Part shown: positions 1-10,719 of the stretch, piece after piece
How the letters are laid out: each line of letters begins with the position of its first letter
Position numbering within the stretch: position 1 is the stretch's first letter
Assembly: GCA_963736005.1 (NCBI GenBank)
Contig: CAVTNB010000003.1
Span: 96,001 to 160,000, forward strand
Reading direction: 5' to 3'
From: an uncultured Pseudomonadota bacterium
Lineage (GTDB): Bacteria; Vulcanimicrobiota; Vulcanimicrobiia; Eremiobacterales; Eremiobacteraceae
Length of the DNA stretch: 64,000 nt
The notes under the pieces: model-generated
What the model was told of the DNA's origin: nothing
Databases searched by the model: none
The model's input: only the letters and a program-made list of their open reading frames with translations
Position numbers and translations under genes: made by a program

Positions 1-295
1 ATTTGTCGACGACGAGGATGCCTTGCGCGGCGAGTTTTGGTGCAAACGCGCGACTGGTTTCGGTATCTGCGGCAAAGAAAGCCACATCGACGCCCGCAAA
101 ACTTTTCGGCTCGCTTGAGTCCAACTTTTGGATTTCGATCTCCCGGCCTAAGGCAAAGACGCGCGTACCAGATGACCGTTGGCTCGCAAAGAGTCGCAGG
201 TCGGCGATTGGCAACCGGCGTTCGGCGAAGAGGCGGAGGAGCGTTTCTCCGACAAGCCCCGTAGCGCCGACCACGGCAACGGTCAGCGGCTTCAC
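1..295 (-). CDS. asd: Aspartate-semialdehyde dehydrogenase, 5' part (runs off window)
   Basis: Manual translation from GTG at 295: MKPLTVAVVGATGLVGETLLRLFAERRLPIADLRLFASQRSSG; overlaps dapB stop (GTGA). Confidence 0.9.
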   Translation of the reverse strand, partial: MKPLTVAVVGATGLVGETLLRLFAERRLPIADLRLFASQRSSGTRVFALGREIEIQKLDSSEPKSFAGVDVAFFAADTETSRAFAPKLAAQGILVVDK

Positions 296-1062
296 TCGGC
301 GAATTCCCCGAGACCTTCGACGAAGTGATCGAGGCGGGCTGCAGCGTGCGCCGCTTTGATCACGCCGGAGACAAACGCGGTTCGAGTGGATGTCGTGTGA
401 CGAATGACCAGCGTCTCGTCGTCGTTGGCAAAGATTACTTCTTGGCTGGCGATGACGCCGGGCATACGAATGCTATGAATGCCGACACCATCCACCTCGG
501 CTCCGCGAGCACCTTCAACTCGCACGGTCTCCGAAGGTTCGCAGCGCATGCGGCCCGCTTGAGATATGGTGCGTGCCGTTGCAATCGCGGTACCCGACGG
601 AGCATCTTTTTTTCCGGCATGATGGGTTTCAACAATGTCGGCGTGGGTGAAAAAGGGAGCTGCAATTCTTGCGAACTGCATCGTGAGTATGGCGCCAATC
701 GAGAAGTTCGGTGCGTACACTGCGCCAATCTTTAACCGACTACATGCCTCGCGTAGCTCTTCAACGTCGGCTACTGTATATCCAGATGTGCCGATGACCG
801 GCCGTATACCCAGCGAGAGCGCCTGCAGCGCGAGCGTCTTCGAGGCAGGGTACACCGTAAAATCAATCAAGACATCTGGTTTTTGCGTGGTAGCCAATTC
901 CGCGAAGTCGGAGTATTCACCAGTGTCGAGGTTTGAGTTCGTGCGCACGAGCCTGCCGACCACGTCCAAGCCGGGCGCGTGACGAAGCGCCGCGGCAACA
1001 ACGCTTCCGGTCTTACCACGAGCACCGGCGATAGCGACACGAACAGGCTTGTTTGCAGCCAT
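292..1062 (-). CDS. dapB: 4-hydroxy-tetrahydrodipicolinate reductase
   Basis: VAIAGARGKTG, LIDFT, VIGTSG, APNFSIG, ETHHAGKKDAPSGTA motifs; start placed at MAANKP. Confidence 0.95.
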   Translation of the reverse strand: MAANKPVRVAIAGARGKTGSVVAAALRHAPGLDVVGRLVRTNSNLDTGEYSDFAELATTQKPDVLIDFTVYPASKTLALQALSLGIRPVIGTSGYTVADVEELREACSRLKIGAVYAPNFSIGAILTMQFARIAAPFFTHADIVETHHAGKKDAPSGTAIATARTISQAGRMRCEPSETVRVEGARGAEVDGVGIHSIRMPGVIASQEVIFANDDETLVIRHTTSTRTAFVSGVIKAAHAAARLDHFVEGLGEFAE

Positions 1063-1127
1063 ATTCTGAAGCGTTCGATTGCGTTGTGGCGGCGGTCCTT
1101 TGTGGTGCGCTATGCGTCCGGTGCTAT

Positions 1128-1186
1128 GTAGCAGCGGACCTTTAGGTCCGCTCACCCGAAGAGCGCACCTGAAGGTGCGCTGCTAC
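1128..1186. repeat. Inverted REP doublet (family A)
   Basis: GTAGCAGCGGACCTTTAGGTCCGCT (+) facing AGCGCACCTGAAGGTGCGCTGCTAC (-); the second has a compensatory G/C swap in the stem. Confidence 0.9.
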
Positions 1187-1203
1187 ATTGCCTGCTGCAT
1201 GGT

Positions 1204-3363
1204 CTACGCTTCGAGTTTTTCGAGCTTGGCGTAGTTGAGCATGATGCTCTTGCGACCGGCGCTGTCAAATTGCACGGTCACGAAAGCATCGCCGCCTGCA
1301 CCTTGGACGTCGAGCACCGAACCGCGTCCGAACTTTTGATGCACGACAACGTCGCCGACGGCAAGATCGGCAACCGGCTCTGACGCACGCGCCGGAAGCG
1401 CCACATCGTCCCAACCTCCGCCCATCCCCACTGCGGGCACCGGAGGCGCGTTGAGGTATTCGAGTCCAGTCATTTCTCCGAGGAAGCGCGAAGGTGGGTG
1501 CATGTACGAGCTGCCGTAGGTCATGCGCCGACGAGCCAACGTCAAGTAAAGTTCGTCCTGAGCCCGGGTGATACCGACGTAGCACAGGCGGCGCTCTTCT
1601 TCAATCTCCGACGGATCCAAGAGCGCGCGGTTGTGCGGGAAGGTGCCTTCTTCGAGTCCACACAGGGTGACGACGGGGAACTCTAAGCCTTTTGCCATGT
1701 GCAACGTCATGAGCGTCACGGCAGATTTGGTTTCGTCCATTGCGTCGAGGTCGGAGACGAGCGAAATGGTTGAAAGAAATCCGAGCAAGTCAGGTCCCTC
1801 GCGCTCTTCGTAGTCGCGGGCAACCCCGATCAGTTCGCGCAGATTCTCGATACGGCTTTGCGCTTCAGGCGTGTCTTCGGCTTGCAGTTCTCTGACGTAG
1901 CCTGTTTCCTCCAAAATGCTGATGAGCAACGCGGCCGGTCCGCGTTCGTCGCCGACGCGAGCGAACGCATCGATGTCGCGCATGAAGGCGGCCACGTCTT
2001 TCGCTTTCTTGGGAGCCGCCGTTGAGACGATCGCTGGATCGACGAGCGCTTGAGCGAAGGTCTTGCCCTGGCGCGCACCTTCGTCAGCGATGGCGTTGAG
2101 CGTGGATTGGCCAATCCCGCGGCGCGGAGCGTTGATAATGCGACGCAGGCTGATGCCGTCATCACGATTGGCAATGAAGCGCAAGTAGGACAGCGCATCC
2201 TTGATCTCGGCGCGCGCGTAAAAGCCGACGCCCCCAACCACCCTATATGGCATCCCGATCGCAAGCATGGCTTCTTCAATGGAGCGTGACTGAGCATTTG
2301 TCCGATACAGCACCGCGTAGTCGTTGAAGCTTCTGCCGTCCTCGCGAATGCCAGTCTCAATCAGATCGACGATAAAACGCGCTTCATCACGATCGCTGTT
2401 GGCCGCGTACACGCGCGCCGGCTTGCCTCCTTCCCGAGAGGTCCACAATTTCTTGTGATGCCGCTGGGTGTTGTGACTGACGAGTGCATTTGCTGCCGCA
2501 AGGACGTGATTGGTCGAGCGATAGTTCCGCTCCAAACGAAAGGTCTTCGCACCGGGAAAGTCACGCTCGAAGCGAAGGATGATGCGGTGATCTGCACCGC
2601 GGAAACTATAAATCGATTGATCGTCGTCGCCAACCACGCAAATATTCTTCGATCCTAGCGAGAGCGCGCGCACCATCCGATATTGCGCCTGGTTGACGTC
2701 TTGATACTCGTCGACGAGGACGTACCGAAAGCGGTTTTGATATTGGAGGGCAAGGTCATCGTTGCGTTCCAGCAGCGCGAGCGTGCGCATGATGAGGTCG
2801 TCGAAGTCCAAGGCGTTGGCTCGAGCGAGGCGGCGTTCGTACTCCACGTACACCGACGCCACCGTCTTAGAAAGATGTCCGTCAGCCGTTTCCGAGAACG
2901 CAGCCGCGTCCTGGCATCGCTCCTTCGCCCGGCTTATTTGAGCCAAGATGCCGCCCGGCGGGAAGTGCCGTTCGTCGACGTTGAGATCGCGCAGGATCTC
3001 CCGGATGAGCGCGCGCTGGTCGGTTTCATCGTAGATGACGAAATTTGGGCCGACGCCAACCGCAATACCGTCGCGGCGCAAGATTCGCACGCCGATGGAG
3101 TGGAACGTCCCGACCCAGAGTCCATGCGCGGCCGGCCCAACCAATTGCGCGAGTCTGCTCTTGAGCTCTCCCGCAGCTTTGTTCGTGAAGGTGACCGCGA
3201 GGATCTTGTGCGCTGGCACTTTATGCTCTGCGAGCAGGTAGCCAACGCGGTGGGTGAGCACGCGAGTCTTTCCGCTTCCGGCGCCCGCAAAAATAAGAAC
3301 AGCGCCTTCCGTCTCAGAGGCGGCGGCGCGCTGCTCGTCATTAAGCGCTGCGAGAGCATCCAT
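1204..3363 (-). CDS. pcrA: ATP-dependent DNA helicase PcrA/UvrD
   Basis: AGAGSGKT, VTFTNKAA, VDEYQD, VGDDDQSIY, LERNYRS, KGLEFP, EERRLCYVGITRA, C-terminal Tudor-like domain. Confidence 0.95.
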   Translation of the reverse strand: MDALAALNDEQRAAASETEGAVLIFAGAGSGKTRVLTHRVGYLLAEHKVPAHKILAVTFTNKAAGELKSRLAQLVGPAAHGLWVGTFHSIGVRILRRDGIAVGVGPNFVIYDETDQRALIREILRDLNVDERHFPPGGILAQISRAKERCQDAAAFSETADGHLSKTVASVYVEYERRLARANALDFDDLIMRTLALLERNDDLALQYQNRFRYVLVDEYQDVNQAQYRMVRALSLGSKNICVVGDDDQSIYSFRGADHRIILRFERDFPGAKTFRLERNYRSTNHVLAAANALVSHNTQRHHKKLWTSREGGKPARVYAANSDRDEARFIVDLIETGIREDGRSFNDYAVLYRTNAQSRSIEEAMLAIGMPYRVVGGVGFYARAEIKDALSYLRFIANRDDGISLRRIINAPRRGIGQSTLNAIADEGARQGKTFAQALVDPAIVSTAAPKKAKDVAAFMRDIDAFARVGDERGPAALLISILEETGYVRELQAEDTPEAQSRIENLRELIGVARDYEEREGPDLLGFLSTISLVSDLDAMDETKSAVTLMTLHMAKGLEFPVVTLCGLEEGTFPHNRALLDPSEIEEERRLCYVGITRAQDELYLTLARRRMTYGSSYMHPPSRFLGEMTGLEYLNAPPVPAVGMGGGWDDVALPARASEPVADLAVGDVVVHQKFGRGSVLDVQGAGGDAFVTVQFDSAGRKSIMLNYAKLEKLEA

Positions 3364-3420
3364 CTCGTCTAAAGTTCGTGAGGTCGTTCTTGGAGTCCCG
3401 CGAATTCGCTCGCGGTATGA

Positions 3421-4395
3421 TTACGCGGCTTCTTTTAGGAGCGTCGGCAACGTCTCGATCTCAAGTCGCTCATCACCGCGCAACACTCCTATGATAAGCG
3501 AATCGCCGATGCGGTGTTGCCCCAGAACGACTTGGACGTCGTCGGGTGAAAAAACCGCGCGGTCCCCAACCTTGACGATCACGTCACCGGTCTGCAGTCC
3601 GGCTTTGCGGGCCGCTCCCTCGGGATCGATTTCCGTAACGAGCGCCGCGCCCTCTTGCTTGAGGCCGTATCGGGCGCCGAGATGCCGGGCCACCTTGGCC
3701 ATCTGCAAGATGACGCCAAGGTATGCTCGTCGGACGGTTCCAAAATTTATGAGTTGCGACGCAACCTGTTTTGCGGTGTTCGACGAAATCGCAAAACAAA
3801 TACCTTGCGAACCTTCAATGATCGCGGTGTTCACGCCGATGACATCCCCGCGAAAATCGACCAGCGGCCCGCCGGAGTTCCCGGGGTTGAGGGCTGCGTC
3901 CGTTTGAATGATGCCTTCGATGAGGCGACCACTTTGCGATCGCAGCGTGCGGCCAAGGGCGCTGACGACTCCAGCCGTCACCGTGGCCTGGAATCCGAGC
4001 GGGTTGCCGATGGCGATGACGAGTTGTCCAACTCGCAAGGCAGACGAGTCGGCGAGCGACGCGTGAGGCAGTCCCGACCCCGGTATGCGGAGCACGGCGA
4101 GATCGCTGTGAGGATCGTCGCCGGCAATGGTCGCGCGACTGACGGTGCCATCTGCGAAGCGCACTTCGATTCTCTCCGCCGAGTTGACGACATGACTGTT
4201 CGTGAGCACGAACCCGTCGGGCGCAATGACAAAACCGCTGCCCGAGCCGTGCAGCTCTGGAAGGCCGCGGCGCGCGAGTCGTTCTGGGGCTCGACGGGCC
4301 ATGCCAACACTAACCACCGCGGGACCTACGCGTTCGACCGCGTCGATGACGGCCTGCGAGTAGGCGTCAAGTGCTTGAGTCTCTTTGTTATCCAT
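3421..4395 (-). CDS. HtrA/DegP-like trypsin serine protease with PDZ domain
   Basis: GSGF, TNSHV, DLAVL, IQTDAALNPGNSGGPL, C-terminal PDZ. Confidence 0.92.
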   Translation of the reverse strand: MDNKETQALDAYSQAVIDAVERVGPAVVSVGMARRAPERLARRGLPELHGSGSGFVIAPDGFVLTNSHVVNSAERIEVRFADGTVSRATIAGDDPHSDLAVLRIPGSGLPHASLADSSALRVGQLVIAIGNPLGFQATVTAGVVSALGRTLRSQSGRLIEGIIQTDAALNPGNSGGPLVDFRGDVIGVNTAIIEGSQGICFAISSNTAKQVASQLINFGTVRRAYLGVILQMAKVARHLGARYGLKQEGAALVTEIDPEGAARKAGLQTGDVIVKVGDRAVFSPDDVQVVLGQHRIGDSLIIGVLRGDERLEIETLPTLLKEAA

Positions 4396-5557
4396 GATCT
4401 TCTACATTGAGTGCCTGGGCCAGAGCGGCGTGAGCGTGGAGATACGAGAGCGTGCTTTCAGCTCCCATGTTAATGTTGAAATCATTTCGGCTAAGTCCAT
4501 CTTTGCATCCGCCGCGCGCATCGACCATAACGAGCCGTTCCGAATTCAAGCCAAAAAACCACCCAAACGTTTCAAGGGCTCTGCTTTGATATTCCACGCG
4601 TCCTGTAAGCTTCGACGCTGCAAGCCACAAATCTACCATGGCGCACGCCTCGATGGGCTGCTGGTCGTGGGTGGCTCGCTCTTTTTCCCGCTCGTACCAT
4701 CCGGCATTGCCAATTGGAAGGAAGGTGTCTTGCGCCTGCGTGAGCCCGGCGAGGAAGGCAAGGCCACGCATGCCTATGTTTTCCAGTTTCGGGTCTGAGA
4801 GCGCCGCGGCGCCTCGCAGCGTTGCCTCCGGGAGCCGGGCATTGCCCCAGGTCAAGAGTGGTTCCCACCAATCCCACCCGGGCTGGGCATTGCTCTCGAA
4901 TTCCCCACGCAAAGAATTGCACAATAACTTCAAGACCACTTCGGCGTCGCGAGCCAGCGATTCCGGCAGATCTCCTTGCGGCGGCACGAGCGAAGCGGCT
5001 TCCGGGGCAATGGCCGCAGCAAGACCTAAGACCACATAGGCTTTGGGCCGCAGGTCTGTGAGATCTCCGACATGCTCGAGCGCCTCTCGCAGGAGCCTGA
5101 CAGAGCGCCTGCGCCATTCATCGATCGGCGCACAACGAGAAGCGACACCAACCGCCCACACGGTGCGGCCAAGACTTTCCGGCGAGCCCACCTCATCCGT
5201 AAAGGAACCATCTTCGGCCATCAGGTTATGAAACTGGCCGTCTGGCCTTCGACAGCGCTCGACGAAGTCCAAGCTCGCATCGCCAATGACCCGCGCGTCC
5301 TCCAGACGCGCATTAAGATGGAGGCTCAACACGGCCGCCAGAAAAGCCCGGGCATTGTCATCGAGGCAGTAGCCGTGCTCGAGATGTATTCGGTCACCCT
5401 GAGCAAATTGCACCATGCCGTGCTCGTGCATGAGCTTTCGAGCGTGTTGAAACGAGGGTGGCTTCCCAGCAACGCAGTCGACAAAGGGCTGGAGTGCGGC
5501 GGCAATACTGCTTGGCGCCGAGACGTTCGGGCTCAGATTCTGGGGAAGATTCTTCAA
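4388..5557 (-). CDS. Glycosyltransferase-associated hypothetical protein (six-hairpin glycosidase-like)
   Basis: GYCLDDNARA, DQQPIEA, NMGAESTLSY motifs resemble the domain often fused to GT4 enzymes; start uncertain. Confidence 0.65.
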   Translation of the reverse strand: MKNLPQNLSPNVSAPSSIAAALQPFVDCVAGKPPSFQHARKLMHEHGMVQFAQGDRIHLEHGYCLDDNARAFLAAVLSLHLNARLEDARVIGDASLDFVERCRRPDGQFHNLMAEDGSFTDEVGSPESLGRTVWAVGVASRCAPIDEWRRRSVRLLREALEHVGDLTDLRPKAYVVLGLAAAIAPEAASLVPPQGDLPESLARDAEVVLKLLCNSLRGEFESNAQPGWDWWEPLLTWGNARLPEATLRGAAALSDPKLENIGMRGLAFLAGLTQAQDTFLPIGNAGWYEREKERATHDQQPIEACAMVDLWLAASKLTGRVEYQSRALETFGWFFGLNSERLVMVDARGGCKDGLSRNDFNINMGAESTLSYLHAHAALAQALNVEDHG

Positions 5558-5567
5558 CAGGAGAACT

Positions 5568-6833
5568 CTACTTGGTGCCGCCGGTGCCTTCGCCCATAGA
5601 GGCGACAAGCGAGCTCGCGTGGCGCTGCAACGCATCGCTCCACACGGTCGAAGCAGCGCGTTCGGCCGCGCCGACTCGGCGGGCCACACGACCGGTTTGC
5701 AGCTTCAGTGCTTGCGCGAAGGTTTGCCCGGTTTGTCGCGCGACTCGCGACCAAGTCATGCCGCGACCAAATCGATACGCCGTCGTTTCAATGGACGCGC
5801 GCCGCTGTGGATCGCCCAAGACTGAGTTCACCGCTGCTGCGATGCTTTGCGAATTCTTAAACGGCACGGTGACGCCGCGTCCATCAGCGAGCAGCTCCTT
5901 CGCATAAATGGAAGCTGTGGCCACCACGGCGCGGCCGCAGGCAACGGCATACGATAGCGTGCCGCTGACGATTTGATTCGGGTCGAGCGAGGGTGATACG
6001 TAGACGTCGGTCGCTTGCAGATACTCGACGACTTCCTCGTCATTCATATAGTGATCGACGAACCGCACGCGGTTTTTTAAACCGAGCGCGCCAACGCGCT
6101 CCCACAAACTCTCGCGATAGCTCTCGCCTTCGCGCCTGCGAATTTCCGGATGTGTTTCGCCAAGCAACAGGTACATGACATCAGGAATCTGAGCGGCGAT
6201 TGCGGGCAAGGCGTCGATCACGTACTCGATGCCTTTGCCGCGGCTGAGCAGCCCAAACGTTGCAATGACGGTCCGATCCTCCAAGCCGAATGCTCGCTTG
6301 AAATGGTGGCTGCGTCGCAGCGGAACGTCCGGAACGCCGTGCAAGATGACATCGATCTTACGCGGATCGATGTTGTACCGGTCTTCCAAAATACGACGAC
6401 CGCTGTATGCCAAGACCACAACACGGTCGCTGCGGTTGCACAACTCTCGCGTGACGAAACGCATGCGAGCGTCTGGCTCAGGCAAGACCGTATGCAACGT
6501 CAAAATAACCGGCTTGCGAACCTGCGCAAGAAAATCGAGTACATAGTCGCCTTGGTCGCCGCCGAAGAGCCCATACTCATGCTGGATGTTGATAACATCA
6601 GCTTCGTGATCGTTCGCAAATCGTGCGGCGCGCACGTAAGACGCGCGGTCGTCGCGGTCGATTTCGCAGCGCACCATCTCGGGATATTGGTAAGCTTTGC
6701 CGCCATCGGTAATGGCGATGACATCGCTGGGTGCGCCAACGAGCAAGTCGTAGGCTCCTCGCGTATCCTCAGTGAAAGTTGCAATACCGCATTCACGAGG
6801 CGGATACGATCCAACGAAAAGAGCCCGCGGCAT
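5568..6833 (-). CDS. Glycosyltransferase family 4
   Basis: YPPRECGIATF, IQHEYGLFGG, FGLLSRGKG, SGTLSYAVACG. Confidence 0.88.
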   Translation of the reverse strand: MPRALFVGSYPPRECGIATFTEDTRGAYDLLVGAPSDVIAITDGGKAYQYPEMVRCEIDRDDRASYVRAARFANDHEADVINIQHEYGLFGGDQGDYVLDFLAQVRKPVILTLHTVLPEPDARMRFVTRELCNRSDRVVVLAYSGRRILEDRYNIDPRKIDVILHGVPDVPLRRSHHFKRAFGLEDRTVIATFGLLSRGKGIEYVIDALPAIAAQIPDVMYLLLGETHPEIRRREGESYRESLWERVGALGLKNRVRFVDHYMNDEEVVEYLQATDVYVSPSLDPNQIVSGTLSYAVACGRAVVATASIYAKELLADGRGVTVPFKNSQSIAAAVNSVLGDPQRRASIETTAYRFGRGMTWSRVARQTGQTFAQALKLQTGRVARRVGAAERAASTVWSDALQRHASSLVASMGEGTGGTK

Positions 6834-6957
6834 TCCTGCCTCGAGACTATTACCAAACAAAAGCGCGGAGCGTTTTGCTGCTTGCACTATATAAGCTCTG
6901 TCCTTGCGTGTTATTTATTCTAATGAAGGCGGACGCCAGAGCGTCCGACCTGTTCTT

Positions 6958-6966
6958 ATTATACCA
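6958..6966 (-). promoter_or_regulatory. Extended -10 promoter element for the GT4 operon
   Basis: TGGTATAAT on minus strand in the intergenic region. Confidence 0.5.
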
Positions 6967-7021
6967 CATCGCGACTGAGTCCAAACGGACAGTCGATGTT
7001 GTTTGTCCCTCTTAAGGACGC

Positions 7022-8071
7022 TTAAGGTTTGCTCGCTTCGACCCGTTCGTCGCGTCCCAGTACGGCACCAGGTTCAACCGTGGCGTTCGGTTCTACAACG
7101 ACTTCAAGCCCTAGGATCGCGTCCCGCACCGACGCTCCATGCCCGATGAAGCAATCTGCCCACAGAACGCTTGACGCAACGGTTGCACCGTGCGCGACTT
7201 TGCAGCCTTCGTAGAGCACAGCATACGGTCCGATGCGCGCACCAGGTTCGAGCGTCACGTTCGCGCCAAAATAGATTGGACCGGTTAGCGTGACGCCGGC
7301 AGGCGGCGCGGTCCCATCGGCGACCCAGATCTTGTTGGCCACCTCGGTGCCGATCGGGCGCTCGAAGGCACCGTCGAGGATGTCCCGGTGAGCTTGCACA
7401 TACGTCGCGGGGCGGCCGACGTCAATCCAGTAGTCAGACGTTGAAACTGCAAACACGCGGTGCGTTTGTTCGATCAGTTTGGGAAACGTTTCTCGTTCGA
7501 TCGATACCTTTTGCCCGGATGGGATCGCGTCGAGCGCCTCCGGCTCGAGCACGTAGGTCCCGGCATTGATATCGCGTGCGCTTGTTTCTCCTGGTCTTGG
7601 TTTCTCTACGAAGCGCAGCACGCGTCCTTCGCGATCGGTTTCGACGACCCCGAACTGGCTTGGATCATCGACGGCACGCGTGTGGATGGTGGCGATGGCT
7701 TTGTGTCGCTCGTGTGCCTCGCGGAGCGCAACCAAATCAACGCCCGTGAGGATGTCGCCGTTGCAGACAAAGATCGTTCCTGTGACTTTGTGGACGGCGT
7801 TCTTGATCGCGCCCGCCGTGCCGAGTGGCTCTTCTTCAAAGACGTAGTGCAGCTGCACTCCAAATTTGCTACCGTCACCGAAATATGACTCGATCGCCTC
7901 AGGCAGGTAACAGCATGACAAGATAACCTCATCGACGCCTGCTTTGCGCAGTCGTTCGATGATCCAGCCGATAAAAGGACGGCCCAAAAGAGGCGCCATT
8001 GGTTTGGGAACGGAGTAGGTCAACGGCCGCAGGCGCGTACCTTCGCCACCCACGAGAACTACAGCTTGCAT
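7022..8071 (-). CDS. NDP-sugar synthase / mannose-1-phosphate guanylyltransferase-like
   Basis: LVGGEGTRLRPLT, PKPM, EPLGTAGA, FVEKP, YWIDVG, left-handed beta-helix tail. Confidence 0.9.
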   Translation of the reverse strand: MQAVVLVGGEGTRLRPLTYSVPKPMAPLLGRPFIGWIIERLRKAGVDEVILSCCYLPEAIESYFGDGSKFGVQLHYVFEEEPLGTAGAIKNAVHKVTGTIFVCNGDILTGVDLVALREAHERHKAIATIHTRAVDDPSQFGVVETDREGRVLRFVEKPRPGETSARDINAGTYVLEPEALDAIPSGQKVSIERETFPKLIEQTHRVFAVSTSDYWIDVGRPATYVQAHRDILDGAFERPIGTEVANKIWVADGTAPPAGVTLTGPIYFGANVTLEPGARIGPYAVLYEGCKVAHGATVASSVLWADCFIGHGASVRDAILGLEVVVEPNATVEPGAVLGRDERVEASKP

Positions 8072-8179
8072 GCGTCGATTCGAGGTTTACTCTCGGGATG
8101 GTCAGGCTCCCCCTGCGCAGGGGAAACACGCGATGGCGCGCAAACGGAAAGCCGTCAGGTTCCTATCAGAGGATCATCG

Positions 8180-8488
8180 ATGGACGTTTCTGGTACCTTG
8201 ATCTACACGATCGCCCAACCGGTGCTCAACATTCTGTTTGGGTTTTTGTTTGGGTTTTTGCTCCAGGAAGTGCCCTTTCGCAGATTGTTTATGTTCTGGA
8301 TAGCACTAGTTGTTTTCGTCTCGGTGAGAGTCGTCGGCGACTGGCTGTTCCAACAACCTTCGGTCTTGCCCTGGGAGACCGTGCGACTCTATGTGTACGC
8401 CAGTTGTTTTTTCCTCGGAACCGCGGGAGCGCGTTGGCTTGTGGGCGTTTACAACGCTAACAAAATGCTCAAAGACAAAGATCTATAA
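8180..8488 (+). CDS. Hypothetical membrane protein
   Basis: 102-aa ORF with about three hydrophobic segments; AGAGG upstream. Confidence 0.5.
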   Translation: MDVSGTLIYTIAQPVLNILFGFLFGFLLQEVPFRRLFMFWIALVVFVSVRVVGDWLFQQPSVLPWETVRLYVYASCFFLGTAGARWLVGVYNANKMLKDKDL

Positions 8489-8889
8489 CAAACACAAATC
8501 AAGCTATGTGTTTTTCGGGCTTTTGTCTCAGCCCGAGTTTAACACTTGCCTGTTAGAATAGGCACAAGCGCGATACGCGCGGTTCTCCCGAGGAGATATA
8601 TCTCTCATGTACACAGTCCCAAAGATCGTAGCGTCGCTTGACCTAGGCACTGTAATGAGTGACGTGCTCGGTATCAGTGCCAGTTGCGCTAACAATCCCG
8701 AGTGCGGATAATCGACCCATCGTCCCAACCTGGGGTTGGTGAGGGGGTGTGAGCCAAGGCTCGCTCCCCTTTTGTTTGACAACTTCCAGAATGCGTGTAT
8801 ATAAATGAAGAGGCAGCTACCCCGATACGCTCGATGAAGCCCGCGTAACAATCGAGCAGTGGCCAATGAGTTCGGCGGCGGCTTGGCGG

Positions 8890-9247
8890 CTAAGGTTTGC
8901 GCTGGTGGATCACGAGTTGGTTTCCCTCGGAATCCTCGCCGATGGCCATGAAACACGTCGGGTTATCCATGGGATCGCCGATCGTGACGCCGCGGGAGCG
9001 AAGCTCGGCGACCGCCTCGCGCGCGTCCGCCACGGCGAACATGATTCCGTATCCGCGCTCCCAAGACCAGTTCGCCTCGGCGGGGTTCCACAGCTCGACC
9101 GTTGAGCCGTCGGGGAGTTCGAATTCGGCTCCGTTCTCGCCGAATCGTTGGCGCCAGCGGCAACTGCAGCACGTCGCGGTAGAACGCGATCGCGCGCGAG
9201 AGATCTTTAACCATATACGTGTGAGCGTCGATACCGGTGATGTTCAT
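8890..9247 (-). CDS. VOC/glyoxalase family protein with a +1 frameshift near 9150
   Basis: MNITGIDAHTYMVKDLSRAIAFYRDVL continues in another frame as FGENGAEFELPDG...IMFAVAD...DSEGNQLVIHQRKP*. Confidence 0.75.
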
Positions 9248-9608
9248 GCAGCGCGGATTCGACGACCGTTTTGCAAATCCGGCAGCTCAGCGCTAGCTGC
9301 TCCTCTACAAGCTCGTCGGTGAAGAAGCGCGAATGGTTGCAACGACAGCGCGCAATCGCGCGGTGAGCGTCCAAACGGAATCATCGGTGTTAGCTTAGCC
9401 AACATTCCCCATATGAATCTCCTTTTCGAGCCGCTTCAGACTGGAATTAGTCCCTAAACTTCGATAGGGCGTGGTTTTTCCAATAGCGGAAGTGCTCGCT
9501 CCGCCGGCTTCCGACATATACAGCCGGATTCGTAAACCCCTGCGCGACTCATTACCCAACGCGGCGTTTTCGCTATCAACTTCTCCCACTGTTTTGCGCC
9601 AGCGCGCG

Positions 9609-10310
9609 CTACTTCGTCAGCGTGTGGTTGGCGGCGTGAAGGAGAATGACGGAGGCCTGTTTCTGGATGGCGGTAATATCAAGCCGCGAGAGGTTATTTG
9701 CCTTCTCATTGTAGCTGGCAATCGCTTTGATCGCGGCCTGCACCTGGGGCTGCAAGGTCTGGAAGATCGTCGGACTGCTCCCCGCGAATTGAGTAAACTT
9801 TTGCAGCCCGGGTTTGGCCAACCCTTGGGCAGTTGCGAGGTTGTAACCCCAATCGAATTCCGAGGGAACGGTTTTGCCCACCAGTGCGGTTTTGTTCCCG
9901 AGCCAGAAAAAGAAGCAGGCCTTGGTATCCAGGTCCGTGCCCAGCCATTTGTCCAAAGCGCCCGAGTTTATCTCGGAATTGTTCCAAGCATCCTGTTGGG
10001 CTTGCGACCAGCCGGAATAATTCCGGAACAATGGCAGCCCGAGACTCGTTTTGACGAGGCTGTCGTAGCTGGCCAAAACCTGCGGCGTCGCACCGGCGTT
10101 GACGAACAATTGACGCCCCGAGGCAAACTCGGCCCTGATCCCGTCCGGCGAAAAGTTTTTCAGATTATTAATATTATTGGTGAATTCCATAAACTGGCCT
10201 GCGTTGAAATAATCAAACGGACGCGCCGTCTTTGTTTGCACCGCCCAAACTGGTAGAACCGACAGGACGAGCACGGCCAAGACCGCGATCGCAGGAGCGA
10301 AAAGACGCAT
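9609..10310 (-). CDS. Hypothetical secreted protein
   Basis: AAGGAGG RBS, signal peptide MRLFAPAIAVLAVLVLSVLPVWA, 233 aa. Confidence 0.75.
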   Translation of the reverse strand: MRLFAPAIAVLAVLVLSVLPVWAVQTKTARPFDYFNAGQFMEFTNNINNLKNFSPDGIRAEFASGRQLFVNAGATPQVLASYDSLVKTSLGLPLFRNYSGWSQAQQDAWNNSEINSGALDKWLGTDLDTKACFFFWLGNKTALVGKTVPSEFDWGYNLATAQGLAKPGLQKFTQFAGSSPTIFQTLQPQVQAAIKAIASYNEKANNLSRLDITAIQKQASVILLHAANHTLTK

Positions 10311-10719
10311 GAGAACCTCCTTGGGCATGGCTGCGTGAACAAAAAAAATGCGGAACGCTGTCATGTCGCGGCCCTTTGCGACACCGACGCTTCGAACAAG
10401 AACGTGCTGGGACAGGCCCGAGGTCCTTCGAGCCAAGTCTCCCCGGAGCCGGAGACCTGCGCCGCCCTTTCGCCGCGATGGCTCCGATTCGCTCTAGTCT
10501 CTTAGTCGCGAAAATCTCTCTTTGCTGTTGGGCGGAGCCGGTGATACAGTGGACCGTCAATTGCGTTGCAAGAACACCGAACCGATAAGCCACCATGGGA
10601 ATCTTTCTTGGGATAAGGCCGCGCTCGTTGGCGCTACCAATTCAACGGTTATGCATTTCCACAGCCGTGTACACCTTGGGAGCCTAGGAAGCCCGTGAGA
10701 AGGTCGCTAAATCACCGGC

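Noticed and set aside
8528..8956. 142-aa minus-strand ORF
   Set aside because: Its start overlaps the VOC gene out of frame, and it has no recognisable motif or RBS.
9300..9589. Short ORFs, including a strong RBS before MGNVG*
   Set aside because: No coherent coding signal; possibly a decayed gene, but not supportable.
10320..10480. Riboswitch or attenuator upstream of the secreted protein (hairpins, T8 run, AGCCGGAGACCTGC resembling a cobalamin riboswitch end)
   Set aside because: I could not match the core of any known riboswitch, the B12-like words are on the opposite strand to that gene, and the T run is not directly adjacent to the hairpin. An Rfam search would settle it.
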